From a virus, in the IMG/VR virus record IMGVR_UViG_3300032116_000057, positions 40,455 through 104,454 of that record: a stretch of 64,000 bases of DNA; one strand, given 5' to 3'. Both the position numbers and the translations under genes were made by a program. The notes beneath the pieces were generated by a model. That model ran no database searches. It saw only the letters and a list, made by a program, of their open reading frames with translations, and had not been told where the DNA came from. This document shows positions 8,873 to 18,193 of this stretch, in pieces. How positions within the stretch are numbered: the first letter of the stretch is position 1; every line of letters begins with the position of its first letter.

Positions 8873-11683
8873 GTAAATACACTGCGTATATTCGCAGCAC
8901 TAATTGGTCTCTATAAAAGAATAACATTTGCCCTAGGAGTAGGGTTTTTTTTCGTATTGCTAACTATTTCTTCTGCCTACGCTGAAGGGGAAGGGTCAAC
9001 AACCACAGGAGAAACAACCCAACAGCCCACACAAAGTCCAGAACCATCTCCTAGTCCTTCCACAACGTCTTCGAGCGAAGCGACTCCAACTCCGACTCCA
9101 ACTCCAGAACCCTCGCCTGCAACTTCGGACCCTCAAACTTCCAGTACGACATATTCCACTGAGGCGCCTCCATCCCAGACGAGTGGGACTGCGTCAACTT
9201 CTGGTTCATCCGAGCCAAGTCCGACTCCTGCGCCTTCACCTTCGCCTGAGCCCAGCGCAACTCCTCTTCCAACATCAGAACCCGCTCCATCTTCTGAACC
9301 GAGTCCAACTCCAACACCGACTCCAGAGACTTCACCTTCCGTAACAACGGCTCCTTCGTCTGAACCCAGCCCACAACCCAGCCCGCAAGAAACGACAACA
9401 ACGGTAGCCACAACTCCAGAAACATCAACGGTTACCTCCGTTCAAAATAAAATTGAGAGCGCAACTGTAACATTAAACACGGCTGTTCAAGCCGCTAGTT
9501 CAGAACAACAATCTGCTGCCGCTACTCCGGTTGCAGAAGCTCAGACAGCTATTGCAGCCGCCGAATCTGCCACCGTAATAGCTGTAGCAGCGCAAACTGC
9601 CGTTGATTCTCAAACTGTTGTGGTGTCTACGGCAGCAAGTAACGTGTCTACTGCTCAAGAGCAATTGGCTACTCTTCAGGGTGCCCCAGAAAACACAAAA
9701 GTTTTTACAACAGATGGGTATGTAGCTCCGGTAGCTCCTGAAAGCCCTACGGTAACTACTACTACTCTTCCTATTATGTATGATGCTGCAACTAAGATTC
9801 AAACACCATTTGACATTAAAATGGGTGATACCGTCTATAACGGTCAAGGAACAGCTAGCCAGATCTATGTAACTTCTAAAGCAACTATTACCTTTGGTAC
9901 TGGCGACTTTAACTGGTGGGATTTTCCTAATGGTCCAAGCATCTCAGTGTTTGCAAGTGACTACCAGAATGCTGGTCCTGGGGCATCGACTGTAGTCACT
10001 ACTACAGAAACTACTCTGGAAGTTGATTGGACCCTCCATAAGTTTGCAGATCCAAATGGACCGTTAACAAATGTTAATTGGAAGATGACGGTAAACCCTG
10101 AAACTGGGGAATGGACAGGAATCGGTAAGATTTCTGGAAACACTACTGGCTTGTGGAATGGGCCTAGAACAGGAGTAAGAGAAGCTGTAGGAGAACCAGT
10201 TAAACCAATGACTGCCGTAACTTCTGAGACCATTGCTGCAGCTGAAATTGTTGTAACAACAGCTCAAACTACTTTATCAACTGAGCAAACAACCCTAACT
10301 ACACTAACTGAAACAGCTACTGCAACTATTGCTGCTGCGGATCAGTTGGCAACTGTTGCTGTTGAGAAGGTTGCGACTGCAGTAACTGCGCTCTCAGCAC
10401 CTGTAACTTCGCCAGAGACTCAACAGCCGTCTGTGTCGCCAAGCGAACCGACTCCTGAACCTGCTCCCTCTCCAACTCCTCCTGCTCAAGAATCTTCTCA
10501 ATCAACAAATCCTCAGAGCCCTCAGCCATCCACTCCTCAACAATCTGACGCGCCTTCGCAATCTCAAGATTCCACAACAACTCAAACTGATGCTGGTCCA
10601 TCTACTTCTCCTTCTGACACTGGCAATTCTGGCACTGACACGGCTCCAGAACCTCAACCCGAGACTCAACCTCAACCAACTTCTCCTGAGCCTCAGCCTG
10701 AGCCAACCTCTCCATCAGAACCTGAGTCTGAGGATCCTCCAGTAACTCCTGAATCGCCGTCTGAACCTCAGGACGAACCTGTAGAACCAGAGCCAACTCC
10801 TCAAGAGCCTGAACAAGAACCTTCTGAAGAGGAAACACAAAATCCGGAAGAGGTTGATCCGGTTGATACTCCAGATGACAATCCTTCAGACACTCCAGAC
10901 GATTCAGAGAATCCTCAAGAAGATTCTGAAGCTTCCAATGATCAGTCCACAGAAACGGATTCATCTACTGAGTCGCCCACAGAAGAACAATCAGAGCCCA
11001 CAGAATCCCCAACAGATACGGAAGATACTTCATCGGAATCCGAAGAAACTTCGGAGCCTCCATTGGAAGATGGCGCAGCTGAGGAAGAAGAATCACAACA
11101 GCAGTCACAAGAGCAAGAGCAAGAAAATCAGTCCACAGAATCATCCTCTAATACTACACCTTCTGTAGAAGAAGCTGTCACAGAGGCGCTAGCAGATGGA
11201 AAACTAACGGAAGCTGAGAAAGAGGTTGTTGCTGAAGCTTTAATTGAGGCTGCTAATGGCGGTCCAGTATCTGCTGAAGCCATAAAAGAAGCAGGTATTG
11301 AATATAAAGATCTTCCTGCCGAGACTCCAGTTGAGGTTAGGAAGGATGAAAACGGTAACGAAGTTATAATTACAGCAGACGTTGCTGCGGCTCTCGTTTT
11401 ATTAGAGAACCCATCTGAATTAGTTGGCGCAATATTTAGCGACCCCGGGGAAGCACTACAAGCACTTGGAAGTATCGGTGCTGATATGTCCCCTGAAGAA
11501 AGAGAAGAAGCAGAAAAAATGGTAGTTGCTGCCGTCATTGCAGGCAATGCTGCAATCAATGCTGTAGCAGTTGCTGGCGCTGCTGGAGGAACCACCACCG
11601 GTGGTAGCTCTAGTGGTGGAGGAAGTTCTGGAGGCGGAGGAGCCTCTGGAGAATCAAAAGGATATAGGAGACGCAAACCTTGA
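8873..11683 (+). CDS. large Pro/Ser/Thr/Glu-rich (mucin-like) surface protein with signal peptide, central NIDO-like domain and C-terminal hydrophobic segment
   Basis: Track start is TTG 8957, but the frame is open from 8864 and the signal peptide KRITFALGVGFFFVLLTISSAYA lies mostly upstream of 8957; AGGAG at 8862-8866 suggests a start near 8873. Confidence 0.75.
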   Translation, partial: VNTLRIFAALIGLYKRITFALGVGFFFVLLTISSAYAEGEGSTTTGETTQQPTQSPEPSPSPSTTSSSEATPTPTPTPEPSPATSDPQTSSTTYSTEAPPSQTSGTASTSGSSEPSPTPAPSPSPEPSATPLPTSEPAPSSEPSPTPTPTPETSPSVTTAPSSEPSPQPSPQETTTTVATTPETSTVTSVQNKIESATVTLNTAVQAASSEQQSAAATPVAEAQTAIAAAESATVIAVAAQTAVDSQTVVVSTAASNVSTAQEQLATLQGAPENTKVFTTDGYVAPVAPESPTVTTTTLPIMYDAATKIQTPFDIKMGDTVYNGQGTASQIYVTSKATITFGTGDFNWWDFPNGPSISVFASDYQNAGPGASTVVTTTETTLEVDWTLHKFADPNGPLTNVNWKMTVNPETGEWTGIGKISGNTTGLWNGPRTGVREAVGEPVKPMTAVTSETIAAAEIVVTTAQTTLSTEQTTLTTLTETATATIAAADQLATVAVEKVATAVTALSAPVTSPETQQPSVSPSEPTPEPAPSPTPPAQESSQSTNPQSPQPSTPQQSDAPSQSQDSTTTQTDAGPSTSPSDTGNSGTDTAPEPQPETQPQPTSPEPQPEPTSPSEPESEDPPVTPESPSEPQDEPVEPEPTPQEPEQEPSEEETQNPEEVDPVDTPDDNPSDTPDDSENPQEDSEASNDQSTETDSSTESPTEEQSEPTESPTDTEDTSSESEETSEPPLEDGAAEEEESQQQSQEQEQENQSTESSSNTTPSVEEAVTEALADGKLTEAEKEVVAEALIEAANGGPVSAEAIKEAGIEYKDLPAETPVEVRKDENGNEVIITADVAAALVLLENPSELVGAIFSDPGEALQALGSIGADMSPEEREEAEKMVVAAVIAGNAAINAVAVAGAAGGTTTGGSSSGGGSSGGGGASGESKGYRRRKP

Positions 11684-11850
11684 AGCTACTTAGAGACATG
11701 ATAGATCAGCTTTGGACACTATTAGGCATGTTTATTGCCTGGGTTGTCCTAGACGGTAGTGCTAAGACTGTTGTAGGCTACGCAATAGTAGGCACCTTGC
11801 TGGCGTGGGCAATCACATACCCCTTGAGGAACCCAAAGGATGAAGAATAA
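11680..11850 (+). CDS. 56-aa two-TM membrane protein; not in ORF track
   Basis: TTG start overlapping the previous TGA, AGGAG RBS; MKLLRDMIDQLWTLLGMFIAWVVLDGSAKTVVGYAIVGTLLAWAITYPLRNPKDEE. Confidence 0.7.
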   Translation: MKLLRDMIDQLWTLLGMFIAWVVLDGSAKTVVGYAIVGTLLAWAITYPLRNPKDEE

Positions 11851-12043
11851 GAGTAAGCTATTCCTTGCAGGAATGTCCCTGGTCTTTTTAACAGGCTGCG
11901 GATATGATGGACATTTTAGATATCCGTGTCAAGATCCAGCAAACTGGGAAGCAGCAGAATGCAAGCCACCAATTTGCACAGCTAGTGGAACTTGTCCAGA
12001 AGACTTAGGCAAACCAGAACAAGAAGGAACACAAAATGGCTAA
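11840..12043 (+). CDS. small lipoprotein
   Basis: Signal peptide with lipobox LTGC; Cys-rich RYPCQDP..ECKPPIC..TC. Confidence 0.75.
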   Translation: MKNKSKLFLAGMSLVFLTGCGYDGHFRYPCQDPANWEAAECKPPICTASGTCPEDLGKPEQEGTQNG

Positions 12044-12446
12044 AGAAAGACTTACCCCCCAAGAACTAGATGCTCGCCTTAAGTTTATTTTAGGCATAAC
12101 ACTAGGCTCTATTTTATTTTTTACCGCTATAGGTATTCTCTATGGCCTTTTATTTGTTACTCAACCTATTGGGGCTCAGTCTGAAAATGACAAGATGTTC
12201 TTTAACGTTCTTGGAAGCGTAGCAACATTTATCACCGGAACCCTTGCTGGCCTTCTTATCGGTCAATCAGGCGCTAAAGATATTATGGCAGCACAGCTTG
12301 CTAATAAAGAGATGGATGCTAAGAACACTCAAGCCGACAAGAAGCTTGAAGCGGAGATTGATGATGCTAAAGCCCGTAGATTGGCAAAACCAGACGGCGC
12401 TATGCCAGAACCACAACCAGTAGATGAGGAATGGGATAAAGACTAA
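12036..12446 (+). CDS. two-TM membrane protein (holin-like)
   Basis: Two hydrophobic helices, charged C-terminus, directly before the endolysin. Confidence 0.6.
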   Translation: MAKERLTPQELDARLKFILGITLGSILFFTAIGILYGLLFVTQPIGAQSENDKMFFNVLGSVATFITGTLAGLLIGQSGAKDIMAAQLANKEMDAKNTQADKKLEAEIDDAKARRLAKPDGAMPEPQPVDEEWDKD

Positions 12447-13018
12447 TGGCTGAAATGGGAACAGCAGCAAAGCTCATTGAAGTAGCTACTGCGGAGATTG
12501 GAACCGTAGAAGGTCCTAAAGATAACGAAACTAAGTATGGTGCTTTTACCAAGGCTAACTTTCAGCCATGGTGTGGCTCATTCGTTATGTGGTGCGCTGA
12601 TCAAGCTGGAGTAAAAGTACCTAATACTGTTTACACTCCAGGTGGAGCACAAGCATTTAAGAAGAAGAACTCTTGGATTGATGGAGACCTAGCTGATCCA
12701 GAACCAGGCGATATTGCGTATTTTGATTTCCCATCCGATGGAGTAGACCGTATTTCGCACGTCGGCATTGTTGTTAAGGACAATGAAGACGGCACCGTAT
12801 GGTGCATAGAAGGAAATACCTCTGGAGATTCCAAAGGTAGTCAACGTAACGGAGGAGAGGTCTGCAAAAAACTACGTGCATACAAGAAAAATAAAAAGAA
12901 TGTACAAATCTCTATCGTTGGATTTGGTCGCCCAAAGTTTAAAGGGGCAGCTAAATCATCTCCGTCTCCAGCTGCTGAAACTCAGGAGACATGCCATTGT
13001 TGTGGTAAACCTAAATAA
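12446..13018 (+). CDS. CHAP-domain endolysin
   Basis: QPWCGSFV (catalytic Cys), PGDIAYF, SHVGIV (His), IEGNT. Confidence 0.9.
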   Translation: MAEMGTAAKLIEVATAEIGTVEGPKDNETKYGAFTKANFQPWCGSFVMWCADQAGVKVPNTVYTPGGAQAFKKKNSWIDGDLADPEPGDIAYFDFPSDGVDRISHVGIVVKDNEDGTVWCIEGNTSGDSKGSQRNGGEVCKKLRAYKKNKKNVQISIVGFGRPKFKGAAKSSPSPAAETQETCHCCGKPK

Positions 13019-13041
13019 TTAGGATGTGATCCTTATCTAGG

Positions 13042-13072
13042 ACGGGGAGCCGAAAGGCTCCCCGTTCTTATT
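13042..13072. terminator. intrinsic terminator between convergent genes
   Basis: ACGGGGAGCC-GAAA-GGCTCCCCGT then TCTTATTT. Confidence 0.75.
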
Positions 13073-14238
13073 TATAAGACTACTAGCTCCCTGCGTGGAT
13101 CTATACCATCCCCTACGACTAAAGAAACAAGACCTGGGGCGCTTTCAAGACCGGACTTATTTCTAAACCAAGCGGAGCCATTATCCATTGCAGGGTTCTG
13201 TATAAATAACCTAGGGCCTACGCTTTGAACATGGTAGTGATGAAAGTGACCAACATTTAGAATGTCAGCTTGAGCGACGGAGCAACGTCCCATAGCTTGT
13301 CCCATCCACCACTTAATAAGATCCCTAGCTTGATGGCCATGAGCCATGCCATATAGGGTTCCACTTAAATCTACTGCAATAGTTGAATCGTCTGCAGCAG
13401 GATACCTAAACTCAACTCGATCACGAAGGAAATCATTTTCTTTACAGATATCTTCTACTGAAGCAACAATATCAATCTGCCAAGAATCTTCCGGCCTACC
13501 TACAAGAAACCTTTGTACCTCATCATGATTACCAGGAACTACAGGAATAATAATTTTAGATGTTAGTTGAGACATGGCTTTAATCTGTGAAATAAGCATG
13601 CGTCGTCCTACACGAACTTGTTCTGATACTCCTATATCATGACGTCCCATGACTTTACCTTTTTGGCTAGTCATGCCTTCGATGCAATCGCCTAACTGTG
13701 GTAATGCGATCTGACCAATAGAATATTTTTTAGTTAGTTCTTGATGGCGTTCTACTGATGCATCAAAACCTTTTAACACTCTATCAATAATAGCTGGGGT
13801 ATCGTCTTTACCGTATTGTGTGTCGCCAATGCTATATACGGCTGTTAAATCTCCAGTTGTATCTACAGACTTGTTTGGTGTCCACTTGCTTATACCCTCC
13901 AACAACTGCTCTAAGTCATAATCTTTTTTAACCGAATCAGTAACTGGAACTACGTTAACTCTAAACGACTCTAACCAATCACCGTTGTATGTTTGCCAAC
14001 GAGATCTACGATGGGATACGACTGCCCACTCTTCTGGGTTTAGATTTGCTTCACGCAGAATATCTTCTGCACCTGGCGTATTACCATCTGGTCTAGGTGT
14101 TGAAACAACAAATCCACCATCAGTGCCAATCTCTGATCTAGGACGCCAAGCATCCGGAATACTTTTATTTAACTTATCTGATCCTTGATTACCGGCTTGA
14201 ATTATTGCATCGTAATCATCTGCTAAGGACATCCGCAT
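13072..14238 (-). CDS. calcineurin-like metallophosphoesterase / nuclease
   Basis: GDTQ, GDCIE, GNHD, HGH, GHFH motifs. Confidence 0.85.
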   Translation of the reverse strand: MRMSLADDYDAIIQAGNQGSDKLNKSIPDAWRPRSEIGTDGGFVVSTPRPDGNTPGAEDILREANLNPEEWAVVSHRRSRWQTYNGDWLESFRVNVVPVTDSVKKDYDLEQLLEGISKWTPNKSVDTTGDLTAVYSIGDTQYGKDDTPAIIDRVLKGFDASVERHQELTKKYSIGQIALPQLGDCIEGMTSQKGKVMGRHDIGVSEQVRVGRRMLISQIKAMSQLTSKIIIPVVPGNHDEVQRFLVGRPEDSWQIDIVASVEDICKENDFLRDRVEFRYPAADDSTIAVDLSGTLYGMAHGHQARDLIKWWMGQAMGRCSVAQADILNVGHFHHYHVQSVGPRLFIQNPAMDNGSAWFRNKSGLESAPGLVSLVVGDGIDPRRELVVL

Positions 14239-14456
14239 GCTCCATTTCTATGGGTGAGCAGGGATGACAAACCAAATGTTGCTCCTGCTTTTTGGTATAA
14301 ACGAAAAAGACTTCTCGTTGAGAAGTCTGCGTCATTAATCGAAGTATCAAATGCAGCTCTATCATTTTCTGCAAGAGAAGCTGCCCATTGTCCTACAACA
14401 CAATAGTTGAGGATCTTGTTATTTTCTTTAGCCTCTTCGTAGAGGTTTTGTAACAT
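14223..14456 (-). CDS. small hypothetical protein coupled to the phosphoesterase
   Basis: C...HRNGACGC pattern suggests a Zn-binding HTH-like protein. Confidence 0.6.
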   Translation of the reverse strand: MLQNLYEEAKENNKILNYCVVGQWAASLAENDRAAFDTSINDADFSTRSLFRLYQKAGATFGLSSLLTHRNGACGCP

Positions 14457-14525
14457 GTGTTTGCTCCGTATGTTGGTCCGTATTGCCTAGCCCCAATTCT
14501 GAGGCTAGGCATATACTACACGAAA

Positions 14526-14876
14526 TTAGTACGAAGCGGAAGTTCCGCCGTCAAAGTTAATTCGAGTACGCTTTGTAGCTGTACGAATAATGACGCCGTT
14601 ACGTTGGGTCTCACCTGAAGCTGGGTCTACCTGCTTTGTATATCTAGCGGTAGTAGGTGAATAAGCTGCGCCATTTCGCTCAGCTGCTGAAGGCAACGCG
14701 TTCTTACGATTTGCTTTAGTACCGTAAGCGCTTGGGTCTCCAGACTGTGCACCCTGCTTCTTAACTAACTTACCAGCTTTTGGTGTAGCCGTAGAAAACT
14801 TAGTGCCTTCACGTCCCATAGGGGTGCGGCCTTGCTTTGCCATTCCGGCTAAAGCTTCTGATGTTGCATCTGCCAT
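14526..14876 (-). CDS. basic low-complexity hypothetical protein
   Basis: ORF with its own upstream -10-like element and RBS. Confidence 0.65.
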   Translation of the reverse strand: MADATSEALAGMAKQGRTPMGREGTKFSTATPKAGKLVKKQGAQSGDPSAYGTKANRKNALPSAAERNGAAYSPTTARYTKQVDPASGETQRNGVIIRTATKRTRINFDGGTSASY

Positions 14877-14919
14877 TTTAATCCTAACCCTTGTTAGATC
14901 TCTTAATGATAAGAATACC

Positions 14920-15198
14920 CTAAGAGACTTGTATAGTAAAGACTATCGCAGAGATTTGTCCATCTCTTGAATCTACCGTAGTAAATCCAGGTCTGCAAGT
15001 AAGATCAAGCCCTCTTGGGGCAACATATCCACGAGCTATTGCAATAGCTTTGACAGCCTGGTTGACAGCGGATGCGCCTACGGCTCTTAATTTAACTTGA
15101 GGAGCCTCATAGAGAGCGTGGGCGATAGCCGAACCAACCGACTGTGCATTAGATCCAGCGCTTACACGCAGGAATTTATCTTCAGTTTCTTCTGCCAC
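14920..15198 (-). CDS. spoVS: SpoVS-family (Alba-like) protein
   Basis: LRVSAGSNAQSVGSAIA...AVGASAVNQAVKAIAIARGYVAPRGLDL...ISAIVF matches the SpoVS signature. Confidence 0.9.
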   Translation of the reverse strand: MAEETEDKFLRVSAGSNAQSVGSAIAHALYEAPQVKLRAVGASAVNQAVKAIAIARGYVAPRGLDLTCRPGFTTVDSRDGQISAIVFTIQVS

Positions 15199-15257
15199 GT
15201 TTAGTAGTCCTTCGGTTTCGAATAGTGGAAGCCCTCCGAAGGTAAACGGTACGATAT

Positions 15258-15608
15258 TTATGGGGTTAAGTCAGCGTATCCTGCCGCCTTTAATAGCTTA
15301 ATTAGGTCGTCTAACCTAAGAACTGCTGGCCAGTCTCCCACGGTAGCTGGTCCCTGGCCATTCAGTCGGAGGACGGCTACAGGCAACAGGTCGTCCGCAC
15401 TTCTTTCCTTTAGCTGCTTTATAGCTGCACTTGGATTAAAATCTTTGCGAGCTTTTACTTCCCAATCTATGCCGATAGTTCCTGTAACGTCAGTACCTGA
15501 TCTACCCGCACCAGTAGACTTTGCATAAGGCCAGCCTTCAGACACTAACTTGTTGGCAAGAATGTCCTGGGATTTGTACCCGCGATGCTTTCTAGATTGC
15601 GATGGCAT
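15258..15608 (-). CDS. Holliday junction resolvase-like PD-(D/E)xK nuclease
   Basis: SRKHRG...GTDV...WEVKAR. Confidence 0.75.
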   Translation of the reverse strand: MPSQSRKHRGYKSQDILANKLVSEGWPYAKSTGAGRSGTDVTGTIGIDWEVKARKDFNPSAAIKQLKERSADDLLPVAVLRLNGQGPATVGDWPAVLRLDDLIKLLKAAGYADLTP

Positions 15609-16191
15609 CGTTCATCCTAATTTTAATTAGGAGTTCTAAGTCTTCTAAAGTTCCCCCATTGACAATGGTATGGTCTGGAGTAAATCCGTCCAACTCAGTC
15701 TCTGATATGTGAGAATTTACTGCTTCTACTCCAGGGCGTACAACTCTCCAGAGCTGCCCCTCAAACCGCTCAATATAATTTGCTTCGTTGGTAAAACGAA
15801 CATCAGTAACAACGATTCTTTCTGATGGGTGCATGTCAGATAAGGCGGCTTGAATCCAAAAGTCTTCATTAAAAACTTTACGGGCAGATACTCCCAAGTC
15901 TTGTAATAAACGCCTTACTTGATTCTCCTGCTTAGCTTTATCCCAACCAACAAGATCTACTAAGTCTTTTAGATAACCTGTTGGGCTGCAAGCAACCAGG
16001 GGATTTACGTCGTACAAAAACTCTCTGATCTTATCTGCAAAAGCGACACGTCTATATCCATACTTCTCTACAAGAATGTTTGCTACAGTATCTTTACCCG
16101 ACTGAGCATAACCTGTTAGTCCAATTAACTTATAGGATCTTCTAATACCAAGCTCTTCATCAGTAAATAAAGCCATTTGTTCCCAAGTCAT
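15592..16191 (-). CDS. deoxynucleoside monophosphate kinase
   Basis: GLTGYAQSGKDT, FADKIR, RRLLQDLG, TDVRF.NE, HISE. Confidence 0.9.
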   Translation of the reverse strand: MTWEQMALFTDEELGIRRSYKLIGLTGYAQSGKDTVANILVEKYGYRRVAFADKIREFLYDVNPLVACSPTGYLKDLVDLVGWDKAKQENQVRRLLQDLGVSARKVFNEDFWIQAALSDMHPSERIVVTDVRFTNEANYIERFEGQLWRVVRPGVEAVNSHISETELDGFTPDHTIVNGGTLEDLELLIKIRMNDAIAI

Positions 16192-16199
16192 GTGTCCTC

Positions 16200-16697
16200 C
16201 TAAGGTAATAGCCAGGTACTTCTACCTGCAGCTTTGTTTATATTAACTCTACGAGTAATCTCTCTATTGATTAGAGCAATATCTTTTGATAAGCGGTCAG
16301 AGATAATCTTTATAAGGCCGCAATAATTTGATAGTTCTTGCAAAGCATCCGCTTTGTTTCGGTACTCCTCATCCAACTCAATCTCTGCGTCAATCATGGC
16401 CACTGCCTTGCCAGAACCCTTGAGGGATAATTTTTTTTCAGCCCTAACTATGCTAAGAACTTTTTCGCCTTCTGCTTTATCTACTTCTGCACACCAAAGC
16501 TGTAGGTTTATAAACTCTAAATAAGCAACATACTTTGTGTATAAATCCATAACTTCTTCTTCCATCATACCTGTGATGTCTGATGGTAATGCTGGAGCGT
16601 CATAACCAAAACGTTCGTTAACTAATAAGCCTTGATTCTTTAACGCCTGAATAGTTCTACTACTGGCCTCAGCTACCTTTAATTCAATAGGGCTCAT
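16200..16697 (-). CDS. coiled-coil protein, possibly a UvsY-like recombination mediator
   Basis: All-helical, lies in the RecA/nuclease cluster; function inferred from context. Confidence 0.4.
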   Translation of the reverse strand: MSPIELKVAEASSRTIQALKNQGLLVNERFGYDAPALPSDITGMMEEEVMDLYTKYVAYLEFINLQLWCAEVDKAEGEKVLSIVRAEKKLSLKGSGKAVAMIDAEIELDEEYRNKADALQELSNYCGLIKIISDRLSKDIALINREITRRVNINKAAGRSTWLLP

Positions 16698-17575
16698 GCT
16701 TCTCCTCCTCTAAAAGGTGCACATCTCTTACACCCAACTACTGGGTTAATACTACACACTGGTGGTCGGTTGTTGTCAACTGCCCAGGAAACATCCATAG
16801 CCTTATCAAAAATATCTTTGGTGTACTCGGGGTTATATTGAACTGTAAATTCTTTATAGTCTTGACTTGATTTAAGTTCATAGATAAATACAATCTCTGT
16901 TGGCGCAGAATCTAAAAGACCTTCTGCAACCATTAAATGACATAAATGTAGGTATACCTGCCCCTGCAACTGGTGGCTTCTAAATGGAGACTTGATATTC
17001 TTCCAGGCTTTTTCTACATCTCCGTCGGCCTCTGCTAGTAAATACGGGGCTTCAAAACGAAGAGTCCCAGGACCTATTGATTTAATCTCAATAAGAAAAT
17101 CGGGCCCTAATCCCTTAACCCAACCATCTGCTTTTCCAGAAATCTTATGCTTAGCGCTGTGTAGAGGAACTTCTGCATAGTCAACACTTGGGTGAATATC
17201 TTTTGATAAAGCCCAACTTGTTCCAGTTTTATCTTTCCACGTACCGTACAAGTTTCCCATTTCGGCAATCCATGTTTGCCATTTAGTGTGAATGTAGTTA
17301 CCTTCAGCAAAAATAGATGCCTGTCTAAGAGTTAACTTATCCCGCACTTCTACATAATTTCCACGTAGTGCGTGATAAGCAGCTAAGGCACACCACTCTA
17401 TCTTTACTAGATCAGATGGGTGAAGTACGTCATGATTACGTTCATCAAAAGGCTTTGCAAGTATGTGGCGCTCTAAAGCACCTACAAGCTTTGTTTCTCG
17501 CTTCTTTGTATTAAGGAAGCTTTTTAGCTCCTTGTTTTGTATCGCCTTTTTTACCACGTTTGTCCTCCGAATCAA
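16694..17575 (-). CDS. Cas4-like PD-(D/E)xK exonuclease
   Basis: HPS..C, GKADG, IEIKS, QxQxY, C-terminal C..C..C (Fe-S). Confidence 0.85.
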   Translation of the reverse strand: MIRRTNVVKKAIQNKELKSFLNTKKRETKLVGALERHILAKPFDERNHDVLHPSDLVKIEWCALAAYHALRGNYVEVRDKLTLRQASIFAEGNYIHTKWQTWIAEMGNLYGTWKDKTGTSWALSKDIHPSVDYAEVPLHSAKHKISGKADGWVKGLGPDFLIEIKSIGPGTLRFEAPYLLAEADGDVEKAWKNIKSPFRSHQLQGQVYLHLCHLMVAEGLLDSAPTEIVFIYELKSSQDYKEFTVQYNPEYTKDIFDKAMDVSWAVDNNRPPVCSINPVVGCKRCAPFRGGEA

Positions 17576-17876
17576 GCCACTGGTCTAAGCTTAAACCCTT
17601 GGCGGTATACCGACGCTTAGCTGCATTTCTTTCTCTATGAGACATGCCGCCAAAAATTCCATGTAGTTCATCATTAATGATAGCTTCCTTTAAACATTCT
17701 CTACGTACAGGGCACGGAGGTCTCCCATCTTTGCCCCAGCAAATAGCCTTAGCTTTGTCTGCTATCTCTTTATATAAAGTTTTGTCTCGTGGCGGAAAAA
17801 ATATTTCCGTATCTTCTCCTCGGCACTTAGCCTCATATCTCCACGCCCAAGACACTCTGTCCTGGTATTCGTCCAT
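17511..17876 (-). CDS. whiB: WhiB-family transcription factor
   Basis: C..EIFFP..AKAIC..CPVRREC..GIFGG. Confidence 0.9.
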   Translation of the reverse strand: MDEYQDRVSWAWRYEAKCRGEDTEIFFPPRDKTLYKEIADKAKAICWGKDGRPPCPVRRECLKEAIINDELHGIFGGMSHRERNAAKRRYTAKGLSLDQWLDSEDKRGKKGDTKQGAKKLP

Positions 17877-18193
17877 CAGTCTCCCACTATTAAGTTGTGC
17901 AGCTCAAAAAAATCCTCCTCTAATAGGACTACATAATTCTCACCGTCTAGGTGTAATCCTAGCACTGGTTTACGACTATCCAGGATCGCCTCTTTGGTGA
18001 TCTTCTTGAGCACTTCAGACTTAATGGTGACCTGTTTTTTTCCAGTCCACTTATGCTCTATGAGGAGGCTGTCGTTTCTTACATCCCCTTTACGAGACCA
18101 AAACGCCCCCGAAGCAGCACTGCGTTGCCCGCCTATTTTTTTGGCTAGCCTCTTCTCGTGCTTTAGGGACTCTTTTTTACCCCTACTCTCCAT
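17876..18193 (-). CDS. Holliday junction resolvase-like nuclease
   Basis: HEKRLAK..ASGA..KGDV..LIEHK. Confidence 0.75.
   Translation of the reverse strand: MESRGKKESLKHEKRLAKKIGGQRSAASGAFWSRKGDVRNDSLLIEHKWTGKKQVTIKSEVLKKITKEAILDSRKPVLGLHLDGENYVVLLEEDFFELHNLIVGD

Noticed and set aside
8839-8916. 25-codon ATG uORF as the true start of the large gene via a slip in the T8 run at 8945-8952
   Set aside because: It stops at 8916, before the T-run, and its ATG overlaps the predicted -10 element.
9051-11676. Several antisense and alternate-frame ORFs over the mucin-like gene
   Set aside because: Shadows of low-complexity coding sequence; no RBS or motifs.
14462-14511. Hairpin plus two ATACGGA repeats as CsrA-type sites upstream of 14456
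   Set aside because: Only two short repeats and no evidence of CsrA in this system; kept as an ordinary leader hairpin.
15205-15245. tRNA-like TTCGAA element
   Set aside because: No cloverleaf can be built; it is a leader hairpin. No tRNA was found elsewhere by eye.
16694-17575. CRISPR-Cas locus suggested by the Cas4-like gene
   Set aside because: No repeat-spacer array or other cas genes seen; solo Cas4-like nucleases are common in phage recombination modules.
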